Shown here piece by piece: positions 25,231 through 39,904 of a stretch of 64,000 bases of DNA. The translations under genes were made by a program, and so were the position numbers. The notes under the pieces were generated by a model that did no database searches, had not been told where the DNA came from, and saw only the letters and a list, made by a program, of their open reading frames with translations. Within the stretch, counting starts at the first letter, position 1, and every line of letters starts with the position of its first letter. This stretch comes from Octopus vulgaris (taxonomy: Eukaryota). The stretch spans positions 108,066,001-108,130,000 of the forward strand of contig OX597816.1 of assembly GCA_951406725.2 (NCBI GenBank), given 5' to 3'.

Positions 25231-26116
25231 TCTATTATAAAATAAAACTCGTAAACCCAGGGTCTTGTAAAACGGGTCCTTGTAAAGTGACGTATTACTC
25301 TATCTACACAGATCAAAACATATCACACCCATTTTTCAATCATCTCATATTTACGACCATACATGTCCCTTCCTTGTCAAATAAAAAATGCAACTTTAAA
25401 AGCTGTTGGTTACATATTTTGTGTCCGTCAATGTTCTCTTTGGTGAATCTGAGACTATGAGAGAATGCGTATTCTAAAGAGGATTCAACATCGATATCAA
25501 ACTTCGACTACGTACATTTAATTATGTAGCTATGCATACTCCTCTGAAAAAAAAATATATATGGTTATACCTACATAAGATCAAAATGTTCCAGACACAT
25601 ATTACATCTATTTCTCAGGAATCTCGTATTAAGGTCTACACGTGTCTCTTTCTTTTCAAGATGGAAAGCGTATCTTGAAAAGTCTTTGGCTGCTCTTTCT
25701 AGCAGATACGGAGACCACGTGAAGGTTAGTTCATTAGTTATTTGATATCGTTTACGAATTAGAGTAGCTTGTCTTGTAAGCAGGCTACGCGTTTATGGCT
25801 TTGTCATAGGAGGAAGGACAACACCACACCGTCGCTGTTGAAGGAAAGATAGAAAATTGGCCTGTGCTCCATCTGTAGAGTTGGGGTCCAAATGTCTCCA
25901 GGAGTGACTGTTTTCAGTGTTTAACTAGGCGACTGACTAAATCAAACATCCCGGGAAGAGTATGGTTCTGTTGATGGGCTTTTTCATAGTTTCCGTACAT
26001 CAAATACCATATACTTTTCAACAATCCGAGCCTATGATAGAAGACGCCTGCCCAAGAGGCCACGCTGTGGCATCGCCCCGGAAACTAAGTAGTCTGCACT
26101 GCTTAAAATGAGTCAT

Positions 26117-26539
26117 GAATCTTTTCGATTTGAACGACAGTTTTTTCTAGCGGTGTCATATGAAATTGTTACCCATAATTATGACCCTAGAATTTCAATC
26201 TCTTTTAGGGTTAGGGTTAGTTAAGGTTAGTTAGGGTTAGGGGTGGGGAAGGGTATTTCTTTTTTCTTCACAAATGTAATTAAACCCAATCTGTTTCTTA
26301 AACGAGGGACATATTCATATGGCACAGAATACTTTTTAACTCAATAGACGTCACTGATTGGTTGAAATTGCAGAAATTGAAGAAATAAAGCAACAAATAT
26401 CTTGCAAACTATAGAATTGTCTCAATAAAGCCAAGAGAAAAAGATGTTTTATAAACACATTCTACCAGTATACGAAGTTTAAAATGTTTTAGTTACCTAG
26501 AAATTACGTTAAAAACTGCCATTCAAACCGAAAAGATCC
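26117..26539. mobile_element. TIR MITE with 8-bp TSD and internal TTAGGG repeats (Merlin-like, tentative)
   Basis: TIRs gaatcttttcgatttgaacgacagtttt / aaaactgccattcaaaccgaaaagatcc. TSD TGAGTCAT at 26109-26116 and 26540-26547. Confidence 0.85.
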
Positions 26540-26566
26540 TGAGTCATTATATTTACACATAATTAA

Positions 26567-26785
26567 GGTGGTGAGCCGGCAGAGTCGTTAGCACGCCGGG
26601 CAAAATGCTTAGAGGCATTTCATCCGTCTTTACATTCTGTGTTCAAATTCCACCGAGGTTGACGTTGCCCTTCGTCCTTTCGAGGTCGATAAAATAAGCA
26701 CCAGCTGAACTCTGGGGTTGATGTAATGGACTTATCCATCTCCTTCGAAATTGCTGGCCTCCTGCCAAAATTTAAAACCAATATT
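26567..26785 (+). mobile_element. SINE family A with TSD
   Basis: Full head ggtggtgagccggcagagtcgttagcacgccggg. ATATTTACACAT repeated on both flanks. Confidence 0.88.
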
Positions 26786-27666
26786 TACACATGAAGCAAT
26801 GTCTTGGAGTGATATGGTGTCTATCCTGAGAGACTTTCAGTGTAAGTGAAGAATTAGGTTCCAATCAGAGATTGACGAAAGATACGCACCTGCTCTACTA
26901 CATTTTTCTACAACAAAGCTAAAAATAGTTTTCCATAAATTATATTATTTCAGACAAACCAATACAAATCAATACTGATTTTCCATATATGGGAACCAAT
27001 TTGCTGCCGTCAGATAGGTTTTATCATTTTATATTGGAAGAAAACATGAAAATATATGTATGTATGTACGTATTTATTTATGTATATTCGTATGTGCAAA
27101 TGTGCGTATGTATGTGTCTGTCAATATATATAAATATATACATATATATATATATATGTATGTATGTATGTATTATGTATGTATGTATGTATGTATGTAT
27201 GTATGTATGTATGTATGTATGTATGTATGTATGTATGTATGTATATGTGTATATGTATGCATTTTTGTACGTATGAATGTATGTATACAGAGAGACAGAC
27301 AGACAGACAGAAAGAGAGAGAGAAATAGAAAGACGCACATAGAGAAATACAACCTAACATACACACGAACATACATAGAAATTAACCGAGATGTTAATTT
27401 TTGTTTAAAACCTAAAAATATTCAATACTTTGGTTCAGATTGAAATTATCGATTCGTGCATTACGTTGCATTTCGTTTATTAACTTTCGTTATAATATGC
27501 TTAACTTTGAATCATACATTGTTTGTATCAAAGTGAGATAAAAATATTTAAAAGGTAAGTGTACAAATACGTGTAGGCATATGAATGACCATATACATAC
27601 AAAGATACGTACACACACACATACATGCGCGCACGCACGCACACACACATACACACACACACGCAT

Positions 27667-27712
<46 letters not shown>

Positions 27713-28329
27713 GGATCCCTTGCGTTGTGGAAGTAAAGCTATCCCGAAAATTGTATCGTAATATGAAACCCCGTAAATCGAAATACAGTAACGTGAAATT
27801 AACTTTGGCATTGATTTTCATGTTATAAAATGAATTTTCGACCAATTTTCGTGGGATGGTGGGGAATAAAGAGAAAAATATAAAAACAAGCAACACAACC
27901 ACTTATGCATGAAAATATCAATTCATAAACATACACAATGCAATATGCTTATATAGTATTTGAAGAGAAATGCATTAGGGAACAAATAATAGTTTTACTA
28001 TCATAATAGGTTATGCTCTTAACCACAAAAATGTTGACTACTGTGTGATGATAGAAAGAGAGAAAGAGAGTTGTTGAAAGGTTGCGGGACACTCACTTCT
28101 GTCTAATAGCTCATCATCATCATCATCAACATCTGTTTGAGGGTGAAGAATTTATATAAAGTTGTTTGATGTTTATGGCGCGTGTAGGAAATGAGCTGCT
28201 TGTAAACCCCTCTTATAATTTTTATGTCAGGTTCCCGATTGGGGATGTTGCTAACAACATCTATCAAACATCCCTCTATAAGTGCGAACCCATTTGACAA
28301 TGTTCTTTGCAGTCACTTTAAGTGAAATT

Positions 28330-29290
28330 GGTTGAATTTCCATTTTCTTACCTTATTCCTCTAACTACTTCAGCTACTTTTTTAATATACTTTCTCGGTG
28401 GGATACTAGCAATTTATCCACATTATCCTCAATGATTTCTAACCCTTCATCAGAATATCTCTCTGAATTTCATGTAGTCTTGCTGCTTGTAGAAATAAGT
28501 CACAGATACGGCCTGGTCATATATATTTTATCAAACCCAAGGATGACAGTTTCACTTCATCCCACGACTCAGAAATATTATGTATACCATCTTTTATGTT
28601 AAGCTACTTCCAAAAATCATTATATATAGGCTTAACCTTTCCTGTCAACTGCATTCTTTAACTGTTTGAAAGTTAACTGATAGTGTGCCTTGAAGTTAAC
28701 TATCACTTTTTGATCTATTGGCTGGAGCAAATATATATTCTTGGGGATATATTTTACTTTCCCATTATAGGAAGGCTCGTTTAAGTTCACTATTTGACTT
28801 GGTGCAGTGTCTAAGAATAATATTTTATTGCAAATATTGTCTGACGTTGAATCTACAAAAGTACTTTAAACTAATCTTCAAAAAGGCCCTCAGTCACCCA
28901 TGTGTTCTTATTTTATACCTAATCAGAGGTAGATTAAACTTTACGTAATCTTTGAAAGGTGCTGGTTTTTCAGAGTGATATACGAATGGGTAGGGGCTTT
29001 AATTCCATATCACCGGCGGCGGTTACTCCCAGAACAAACTTCGGACAATATTTGGCAGTTTTAAATTCTGGTGTCGATATTTTTTTCTTGAGAAATGCTA
29101 TACGTTTTAGCAGGCGTGCACTTACAGAAAAGTTTAGTTTGTTTTGTTAACATTGTGTACTGGCTCTGATCTTTTGCCCCCTTCATCAATAATTTCCTTC
29201 GGTTGCGCAGTATAATTTTAGCAATGGTGGATTAAATTAAATTCATTATGCCACAAGACAACCTTTTCACTCTTTAGACAAACATTGCTT
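28330..29290 (-). mobile_element. Decayed pogo/Tigger transposase
   Basis: Minus-strand KEIIDEGG..VHNVNKT, VLGVTAAGDMELKPL, LLQPIDQKVIVNFKAHY and DFWK*LNIKDGIHNISESWDEV, in the expected Tigger DDD-domain order. Confidence 0.8.
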
Positions 29291-29732
29291 ATTTTTTCAA
29301 ATATTTATTGAAGAGCGGGGTTGAGTGTGGTGGAGAGCTGCCGCGATCTCAATTTGTTTTGTTATTATACATGATGTGAATGTATTCTTTCTTCCTGTTG
29401 CTTTGCTCCAGGCCATGGTCGTGAGAATCTAAGGACGACAGCAACCAAGACATAGCTATTCAGTTTCTTTCTAAGAATTATAACTTCCAGATTGCTCCAC
29501 CCAATATCTCTCCATAAAGTGTGATTACGCGTAGAGCTGGCTGAAATATTAAATCAACTACAGAGCCTCAACATAAAGGAGCAAACAACACAGATTCTCT
29601 CGATGGCTGATTCATAGCTACAGTCTCTTGGTTCAACAACAGACTGGTATAGAAATATATGGCTTAACCAGTAAGGAACATACTTTACATTTTGAACGTG
29701 ATCATATTTAAGATATTCTGAACTTACTCTGC

Positions 29733-29990
<258 letters not shown>

Positions 29991-32174
29991 CTTTTTTATT
30001 CTCCGTTTCTTTCCCTTCCACGTTGTCTTCATCCTTCTGCTTCTACAGCTGAGAATGCATTCGTGTATTTATGAACCTGTGACTTATTTCAAAAGTAGTC
30101 ACAGATTTACATTCTTTGTTTTATTTATAAGTATCTAAATAATATTTACAAGTTCTAAACCCTACAGGAATGACATTATCAATAAATATAGAAATTTACA
30201 AATAAAAAAAAATTCATTGATAAATTTGATCGATACACACTAACTTAATCAATGGAGTTACTCTGGTTTATAATGAATATGAAGTATTTCTGGGAATCAA
30301 TAGCAACAGCTCTCAACTGCAGTTTGGAGGAAATTAGCTCTTTAAGCAAATACCAGGAAGTTTGTATGTATTTTAAGTAGATAATTTTGCTGAGTATAGT
30401 CAGAAGTGTATGAAACTCAAGAGGATTAATATAGAAGGCATTTAAGGAATTTTTAATATCTAATTAATGATCAATAATCTGGAAACGTGACTGTAGAAGT
30501 AAATTATTTCACTGTTGATCAGCCTATAAATAATCAGTTGAGACGAATATGTTTCTTTCAATTCTTAGAATTCGAAAACTAGCCAATCATAATACAAATA
30601 CTAATTTGGTGGGATGCGTACTCTACGTTAAATTACTACTATGTATTATATATATATATATATATATATTTGTCAGTGTACCTTCTTCCACAGCTAATAC
30701 ATTATAAATAATCCAGTAACTCCACCGAGATCAAAAATAATAAGTTAATATATTTAATGCAGGAAACATTAAAAATTAACAAAATGAAACTAAAATATAA
30801 CAGAAGTTGCCTCCTATTATATCCGAAAATGAAAATATTAGCCACATATATGTTTCTAGTTAGGTTTTTGTCAATATCCCTGTATTATATATGTTAACAT
30901 TAACTTAACTATTACACATAAAGTTTATCTAATGACTCTTATTATCTAAAATGCATTTCTAAACTCACACAATCAAACCATATCTCTGTTTGAAATATGC
31001 TTTGTAATTTATGATCAATTTTAATAGACCAAATTTTCTTAATAGCTTAACAAAAAGTAATAAATCTTAGAGAACATATTAAAATATTTTGAAAGAGCAT
31101 TCAGAAGTGCATTACTAAACACTCGTTTTAGAATTTGGGAATCGTATTTGTTTATAAGATATTTTTTTCAATATCAATGGCATGCAAATATTCCTAAGAA
31201 TATATTGGCTTAAATGATATTGGCATACTATCAAAGATAGCATCTAATGTAGAATTAAATCTTCAGCAATTGATATATTATCCTCGAAACACAATCGAAG
31301 TATGTCAGGCATTTGGATTTTTGTGTTTCTTTTTATTTCGTTTGCATTTTGCACTGATTTTGAAAACCCAGTTTCAATTTAGCAGTTATCTGTAGAATAT
31401 TATAATATCGTTTACCACATGTTTCTTTAATACCAAATGGTGATCTTGTTCCTATATCAAAATACACAACAACAAAAAAACATCGTTTACGATAAAATAC
31501 TTTCTATGGTACATACTAAGTTTTTTGCTGAACGTTGTCCTCAAAGTATGTTTCTTTTGGAGCCAGTCACTATTTTGATTCCCTGCAGTGCATCTATAAT
31601 TATGGAGGTAAATATGATGTGCTTACCATTCAAAGTTATGGTTTTCGAAAGTGGAGAATTAAAAAAAAATCTCGCTATGTTTATTGGTATGATTTTTGTC
31701 TTCGCATTATTGATTCATTCTTTCCCTCTATCAGTATATGATATGCGCTTATATTTGTTTCTTATATATTATTTGTAATAGTTTTCTTGAATTTTGTCTG
31801 TGATATATCCCTTGTACATCTGTAACTCTGTGACTATTGTATACTTTGGAGATAGCCGGTGGAAATGCATACTTTACTGCTGTGCAGAGAAAAATATCTC
31901 ATTTTCAGAAGCAACTTTGCAATTTCATATATCTTGTGATTAGCTATATTAAAACTGCATGGGAGAGAATCAATGTAATAGTACACACGAATTCGTTTTC
32001 TATTTTCTTGTTTTCATTAATCCCCTTCGATGCTGGCTACTATTTTCTGTTACCGTATGTTATTCATTCGTCATATTTTTTCAGGTTTAAATAATTTTCT
32101 TTTTTTTTTTACCCTGGATATTATGCATCAATTTCTGAACAGTGTATAACGTTGTAATATTTAGATTTACGTTA

Positions 32175-32360
32175 AGGCGACATTTTAGCTGTATTTTGTC
32201 TGTCTTTAACGTTCTGAGTTCAAATTCCGCTGATGTCTACTTTGCATTTCATAATTTCGGAGATCGATAAAATAAGTACTCGTTGATCATTGGGGTCGAT
32301 ATAATCAACTTAAACTTACCCCGAAATTGAAGAGTTTCTGCCAAAATTTGAAACTAATAT
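32175..32360 (+). mobile_element. SINE family A, internally deleted
   Basis: cgttctgagttcaaattccgc..gataaaataagtac..ggggtcgat. aatattta.attta.gtt repeated on both flanks. Confidence 0.8.
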
Positions 32361-32710
32361 TTATATTTATGTTTTTGCTGAACTTTTCGACTGTTTCAAA
32401 ATATTGATTCATTATGGTTGCATAAGCAAACGAACTCAAGTAATACATGTGGAATAGAAATTACGACTTTTATTATGCTGTAACTATATATATTCTATCT
32501 TCCGGAGCACTTCAATCAACATTGAAAACGCAATATAACGATGCGACTGTAATAATAAAAGTGTCTGATGATGTCAGTAATGTCATTGATTATCTCTGTA
32601 ATTGCCGAATTTATATTTGTTATACTTTATTCTTACAGTTATTATATAAATGGTTAAAGATTATTTTCGAATATGACAAAATTTAATGGCAATAATTAGT
32701 GCTCTATAAA

Positions 32711-32759
<49 letters not shown>

Positions 32760-32769
32760 TACTTTTAAT

Positions 32770-35035
32770 CTCCGTGTTTGTTACAATCACATGTGGAGAC
32801 ACACCCAGCGTCCTGGGGCGAGTGAAGGACAAGAAATGTTACAGTTTCACTGAAAGCTTGGGGAGGGGAAGTGGCAGGGGTAGAAGTGAAATATCTTCAT
32901 GCAATACAACACAAATATTTAAATGGATAAAGTATTTCTAAGGATGTGGGCAGTACTTGTCAGCAAAATCTTTTAGATTTCTTTGACATGGTTCACCTGG
33001 GATCTTATCTAGATGTTTCTGACGTCCCTTTTTTTATAATACCTAGAGCACCCACAATAACAGAAACAGTTCTCGCTTTAAGATGCCACATCTTTTGTAT
33101 TTCAATTTCCAGGTCCTTATATTTACTTAATTTGTCAAATTATTTTACAGATATATTTTTATCAGTGGGAACACATACATCTATTAGTCTACAAGTGTTT
33201 TTTTTCGATGTCTCTAATAATTATGTCTGGTCGATTAACTTTGACTGTTCTGTCAATGTTGACTGGAAAATCCCAGAGGATAGTGACATTTTTATCTCCA
33301 ACGACTGGCTCAGGTTGACGTTCATACCAGTATGCAAGAGTGCTGATTTTTTAGTGTTTACATATTTCCCAATGTAAATACTGTCCTATCCTATCGTGGC
33401 GATTTTTGTGTTCGTTTCGAGTCATCCCGAGATGAGATGGTCTATTGTATTGTCAAAAGTATTGCAGAATATGCATTTGGTGTCAGAACCGTTTTGAAGT
33501 ACGTTAGCCTGGTAGTTTTTAGTAATCAAGCTTTTGGTTTTGTGCCACCATTATGAAACCTCTAGTCTTTGCTTTCAGTCCCGAACTTCTCAACCATTGA
33601 TGAGTTGTTGCTTGCTCTACATCGGTATTTAGACTTCGAAGTGTATATTGTCAATGCAGAGGCTTCTGGCCCCACCGCTCCTCAGTTTGTTTCTTCCCGT
33701 TCTTTTCTGCAGCTTGCTTGATCCGTTTCGCTTGTTGTTTTGTGGCAGTGGTTTCCAGTTCTTCAAATATTTCAGTGTTAATGCCAAGTTCCCTTGCCAA
33801 TTTGCAAGCTTCCTTGACAATAGAATATGATTTCTTGCCGCTTTCGTGTTTGCAGAAGAGCTGCAGCGTCCAGTCCTCTGTACTAGATAAGTACCTGTTC
33901 ACTGCTATTGGGGAGGTCTTATAGTACAGTTCTACCTGCATCATTCCTCTTCTCTCATTATTTATAGGTAGGTACAGACGATCAAGGTCTCATTTTGGGC
34001 GGTGCTTGTTCTTAGATGTTAGCAGTTTTCTTGTCTTTGATTGCAGGCGTTGGAGCTCTGTAAGATTCTACTTAATGATGTTAAAACTATATTGGACTAC
34101 TGGAAGTGTCAGGGTGTTATGGCGCCAATGCGATTTTTCCTATAATACTCCTTTCTTATTTTTCCTTCATTGTAGCATGTTGTATACCATCTCCTTCGTT
34201 TATCCCCAGGTATTTGTAATTTCCTTGTCAGTCAAGCAACTTGATGGTTGAGTCGGTATCTAATTTATTGGAAGCTGTTTGCCTCAGCTTGCCGCTTACA
34301 AAAGTTGCTTCAGCACACTTATCAAGGCCAAAATCCATACCGATGTCATTACTGAATTCCTTAACAGCTGTTATCAGCCCGGCTAGCTCTTCGTCATTTC
34401 TAGCAAACAGCTTCCGATCGTCCAAATTAAATAGATGGTTTATTGTCGTATTACAAACTTTGAACCCATACCTGTTCTTATTTAGTTCGTTTGAGAGTGG
34501 GATCAGTGCCATGCAAAAAAGTAATGGGGAGAGGGATTAACCTTAAAAGATACCTCCTTTGATGTTCGTGTTCTTAGATTGGTTCATCCCATTACTATGG
34601 TTTAGAAGGAGCCATGTCTTCCACTTGGCCATGATACCTTGTAAGAATTTGAAGACGACAGGAGAGATCTTTTATATCAAGCGTTTTGAGTAGCCAACTA
34701 TGTGGGACACTATCAAATGCTTTCCTGTAGTGCATCCATGCTATACTCTGGTTATTTTTACTCCGGCACTTCTCTACAGTCATTTTACTTATGAGTAATT
34801 GACCTTTGCACGCATACGAATTCCTTTTACAGCTTTTTTGAACTTGTGAAAAGATAGACTTCTGTCAAGGAAAGTGTATATTCTGTCAGTTAATATGGAT
34901 GCGAGGATCTTGTAGGTGGTGTCAAGATATGTCGCTAGACCTTTGGATTTTTTTGTGTTTTCATTTTTTGGTAGTAGCTATGTTGTTCCTTCAGTCAGCC
35001 AGGAACGTATTTGCTCTGGATTCTGGATGACATCC
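32770..35035 (-). mobile_element. R4/Dong-like LINE: RT, CCHC and RLE, decayed
   Basis: AWMHYRKAFDSVPHSW, INHLFNLDDRKLFA..DIGMDFGLDKCA, KCIFCNTFDNTIDHLISG and an RLE ending in VGALG..STAHILR. The 3' end adjoins (TAA)n at 32711-32758. Confidence 0.9.
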
Positions 35036-35599
35036 AGTTAATGATGCAGTGAAAATCACATAAATCTCTCCTCAATCCCAGACGCCAACGACGAAGAAGT
35101 CAAAAACTCTTTCACCAAGTAGTACCATACCATTATGTTGTGATGATGAGGGAGGGGGTTAGAAATTTGCGGATGCAGTCGAAATAGCAAAAATGAACCA
35201 ATGGAAAAAGGAATAGGTGTGGTTTATCTACACTTGTTTGATTTACACAGTATTTCATTTTGAAAACGAAGTATTGAGGGAGGATTTAAATGATCTACAG
35301 GAAGAGTTAAGTAAAGATTTTGATGAAACAGACTCCCATCGCGTGGAGCATCGGAAGATAAATTAGTAGTGAAAACAATTTTTGATTAATACTGTCCTAA
35401 ACTTATTTATACATTATTTGTTATAAAACAACTAAAGTTGAATTATTTGTTATAAAACAACTTTCTATCTACATAATGCCCTGTCTACCTATACCAGTAG
35501 CGAGTATGATATTTCTATGTCAGATTTTGGATGATGTATTCTTTAAGCAGCAGTTATCTTTTTGCTTTCTGTGTATGATTCTTTATTCATTTAGTATCG

Positions 35600-37100
35600 A
35601 ATGGAGAGCATCATAACTATAACTTATTAATGGGACATCCAGATTATTGACGCTCATTATCTTACATGTTACAGTTAACCACACCCTCCTTGTTTTTAGC
35701 ATCAAGCTCGTACATGTATGATATTCCTTTCTAGTTTATTACTTCCATTTGTCTATTTCATTAATTGCTTATTTATAATTCTTTTTGATTGGTGTAATCG
35801 TCTTATCTCTGTCGCATTATCTAACATGGAAGCGCTCTTAATTAATTTCTCCATCTGCGATATTGCCTTAAGCCATTTTTCTCATTCGAATTTAATGTCA
35901 ATACTTCCAATAAAGTTGTGAAGTTTCTGTAATGGTTTTTCTGTTTGCTTATTGCCTGCAACATATAACTTGAGGTCGTCCATCATTTAAATCATGTCTG
36001 CTTTAACATGTTGTATACGTATTTGTGCAAAGCAGAACGGGGGTGTTGAGAGCGAGCCACCTCGAAATATTTCTCTGTAGATGAAGCTAATGTTTATGAT
36101 TTGCTATACCATCATTCTCGCACATTTAGATGGCTTTTTTCATACTCTGAGCCTGTCAGATGTTGGTTCCAGCTTGCTTCTTCACTATTTTCTTAAATCA
36201 TTGTTTCTTAAATATCTCTATAATATTAATTTATATGTCCTTGTTAAATATCTAAACCATGTTGGGTTTTACTTAAGTCTTTGTAAAATCTGGATTATTT
36301 GTATTTACATGGTCTTTTGCAGTTGTCTAGTTCCTGTGTTTTGTTGTAGTTTTTTCACTCATGATACTCTTCCCTACAAATTCTTCTACTTCGCTTGCTT
36401 TCTATTTCTAAACAGTTTTGTGTTGGAGTCGATCTGTCTGATTTGTTCAAATGATCTTTGTCACTGTTCGTAACGAAAAAAATCTCTTGTTTAAAGCGTT
36501 CTTGATTATGGGTAATTCTTTTTTCTTTTTTCTTTTTCTTGGTTTCCTTTTAGTTACTGTTGTTTTACATTGTTATTTCAATTAGTGTTGAGAGATCTTT
36601 TATTTTCTTTATCTTTCTACATGTTTGTTTTACATGCTTTTTGCTTGGTTTGTGGTATTCTCATATGAGTAGATCCAAAAGAGCTTCCGCTTTCCGTTGT
36701 AACCGCCATGGCTGCTGCATACATTATTTCGTTTAACTTTTGATGTTTGTCTCCATTTTCAATAAAATTACTTTGGTCAGGTTTGTGTTTTTTATCACTA
36801 CTGTTACACCTTACTGAGCTTTATATTCTCGTTCTTCGAAACTATTCTACAATGATTTCTACTTTTAATTCAGTATATTTCGAGATTTTTCAATTTCTTT
36901 CCGCACCATGTTATTGTCTGAAGAAATGCTAACGTGCGCCATGAGACATTCTCTTTTTTCCTTATCATGTATAACATCTGGCCTACGTTGTTTAAGTATT
37001 TTATCCGTCTGGATGTGAAAATCGTGTCGTCTTTTGGCTTACTAGGTTCATTTAGAGCTCTCTCTAGTACATAATTGTATTACTTCCTGGTTTGTGGTAT
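35600..37100 (-). mobile_element. Older R4-like LINE fragment (N-terminal region plus RT pieces)
   Basis: Minus-strand LNEIMYAAA (~36720), REIFRGGSLS (~36060, GIFQGDSLS-like) and MDDLKLY (~35975). Confidence 0.65.
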
Positions 37101-37249
37101 TCTCATTTCTTATTCAGTGATCAGAATAAAATGAGATAGACCTCTTGATTCCGTCCTTTGTATTTTTGGCTGAACAAATATTTTACAATCTGTTACAATA
37201 TCATTAATATTTTCGACTGGATGGTTACATAAGAAACATTTATTTATTT

Positions 37250-38690
37250 TGAAGTAGTGCACTAAATATCCCGGTTCACTGAATTAGTATTAAATGTTTG
37301 ATCTTGAGCCGCTACAAACTCTCAGTTTCTCTCTTTAAATCCCTACTCTGGATTCACTCCACTTTTATCTTTTCGAAATGTAAAATTTTTTCATGATTCA
37401 TGATTTTTTTCACATTCTTGATAGCTCTATGGAACTGTCCGTATAACATCGTTTCTTATAAGTTTCCTTTCTTCGAAAAATTATTCTATTTTCGCATACT
37501 CAACACAAGTAAGCCCTAGTTGTAGTGTAGCATGTTTAAGGAGCTCTTCATTCACTCTTTGCTAGGTAGTGTTTTATTGACCGTTGGTTTCCATCCATAT
37601 AATCAGAATGGCTAATATATTTTCTCTCCATCGAACATTACGCTCCATACATAAAGTATTGGCATATGCTATCGGATGAAGCATTCCATTCATAGATTAT
37701 GCTTCTATTTTCATATTTAGTCCGGTTCACTATTCCAGTACCTCGTAATCTTCCACATATTGACCGTATGTATCGAATTTTATGTGTTTAGTTGGCACTT
37801 CAACCCAAGCTTTAATCTTTTGAAATATATTGTTTTCACTTTTCCTTCATGTTTTATACATAATATCATTACATTCCAATGCTCCTAGATACTTGTATCA
37901 ACTGCCATCAATTTATAATGAATCGTTCGTACTTAGCAATCCATTTTAATGGGCTTTATACTCTCACTTCAATATCTAACGTCGCACAAATTGATATATC
38001 AAACTCCATTCGAATGTAGCTGCAATATACCTTTACAGTGTTAACATATTCTCAGTTTGAGACCCATGTTGACTTTCCTACGTTTGATTACGATAGTTAT
38101 TAGTGCACTACAATTAACAAGTCGTAGAAATAGTCAATATAGCAGACACCAATTTTAACTGTTACACTTCACGGTGATTTCATCTTCAGCTTATTATAGC
38201 AGCACTGAAAGCGTTGAGGTTTTTCAGTTATGCCAAAGATTCTTCGTAACACTACAATTCAAGAATGTGATACCATGTCCTGTGCCGTTTGAAGCCAATC
38301 CAGGCCATGCACAAATTAGCCTGTTTTACTTGGAGTTCATTATCGTTTTGTCGATAAGACGAAGTGTTGATACTCGATTGAAATCCTCACTTGAGCTTTA
38401 TAGAGTGTCATTAATTATTGGTGCCCTTTGAATGTTTCCTGTGCTATGTCAGTTCAACAGGTAGCATATGAGTCTACATCAAATATTTGTATGCCTTCTC
38501 AGCAAAATTTCCTGTTAGTAACTGCCATAATGACAATATGCAGGTGTTTTGAAGTTAATTATCTGCGGTATTTTCCTTTAAAAGATGTTTCGTAATCAAA
38601 GCTTTTTACCCCTTTCCAATCCATTGCAGTAAAATTCTTTGTATTACATATGTAGATAATTTTCGATTATATTAAATGCTGTTAAGTCTA
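37250..38690 (-). mobile_element. Third, heavily decayed R4-like LINE fragment
   Basis: Minus-strand YKYLGALE (~37885), IRMEF and DLKRETES..VAAQDQ (~37300-37350). Confidence 0.6.
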
Positions 38691-39904
38691 TACGAATTCT
38701 GTTCAAAACCCGTCCTTCATTGTATAGTGTTTTATGCAAAATATGAGCCCTTACCTGGAGAGCTATTTTCTAGACAGTATTTAGAAGGTCTCCTGGGCAA
38801 ATCTTTGATATGTTTTGATATTTTACAATGCGTAATGCTCCTATACATAATTAGGATTATTTTTGTATTTATATTCCATTTTCGAATTTTTATATTTATG
38901 CTTTGAAATATTAATTTGTTATATCACAAAGACTATATTATAACATACAAGACTAATAAATGTTTTGAGAGGGTGTTCTAATGATATTTACAATCCTTAG
39001 TATCACTACTTTTTGGTTACCTTTCCTTTTATAAGAAGGTTAAAGATTTGTATTCTTAATGAATTGTCTTCAATTTACCTGAAGACAATTCAGTAAAAAT
39101 ACGAATTTATTTAAACAATTTTGTTTTAGAAGAATTTCCTCACGCTTTTACATTTACAATAGTATAGCTTGCATCATTAATCATTGTATCCTGAATCTGA
39201 TATTTAAGATTAAGTAGTCTTCTCGGAAAGTACAAACGCGAAATACAATATATATACTATATATGAAAGTAGGTTTTTTGCAGAAAATTACTAATATGGT
39301 ATTATTAATTCTGCTTAAATACATGTCAGTACAACAAATTAATATGCAGTGTCTTGAGCTAGGAAAGGTATTCATATTGTTGATGACATCCATAAAATTC
39401 TTGTTATTCAAATGCGGTTTCATAATGTTTTGTTTATTTCTGAGTTACGTATTTGATATATAGCTTCACAAATTATATCTTTTTAAAATACTTACTCGAC
39501 TTTATGATTTTCGATTAACCAAAACTAGTTATTTGGTAGTTACCCTAATAACAATTTATGGTAATTTTTTCTAAATAATATTTTCTATAATATTTTCTAC
39601 AATATTGTATAAATAAATATCTTCTGAAGCTTTCATATCTACTTTTATATCCATATCTACTTTTATACTCAAGCTGGCTTCTTTTACTACATTGATTTCT
39701 CATATACATCGTATATACTTTCCATTCCTATATAACTTTGCTTTATGCTGAGCGTTATTTAGTTTCGAAGCTAATCTTCTCTTGGAAAAATTAGTCTGTG
39801 CGTATGTATGTATGTATGTATGTATGTATGTATGTATGTATGTATGTATGTATGTATGTATGTATGTATGTATGCATGCATATATGTATGTGTGCATATA
39901 TCTA

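Noticed and set aside
26205-26243. Telomere or chromosome-fusion scar
   Set aside because: Only a few degenerate units, enclosed within a TIR element with a TSD.
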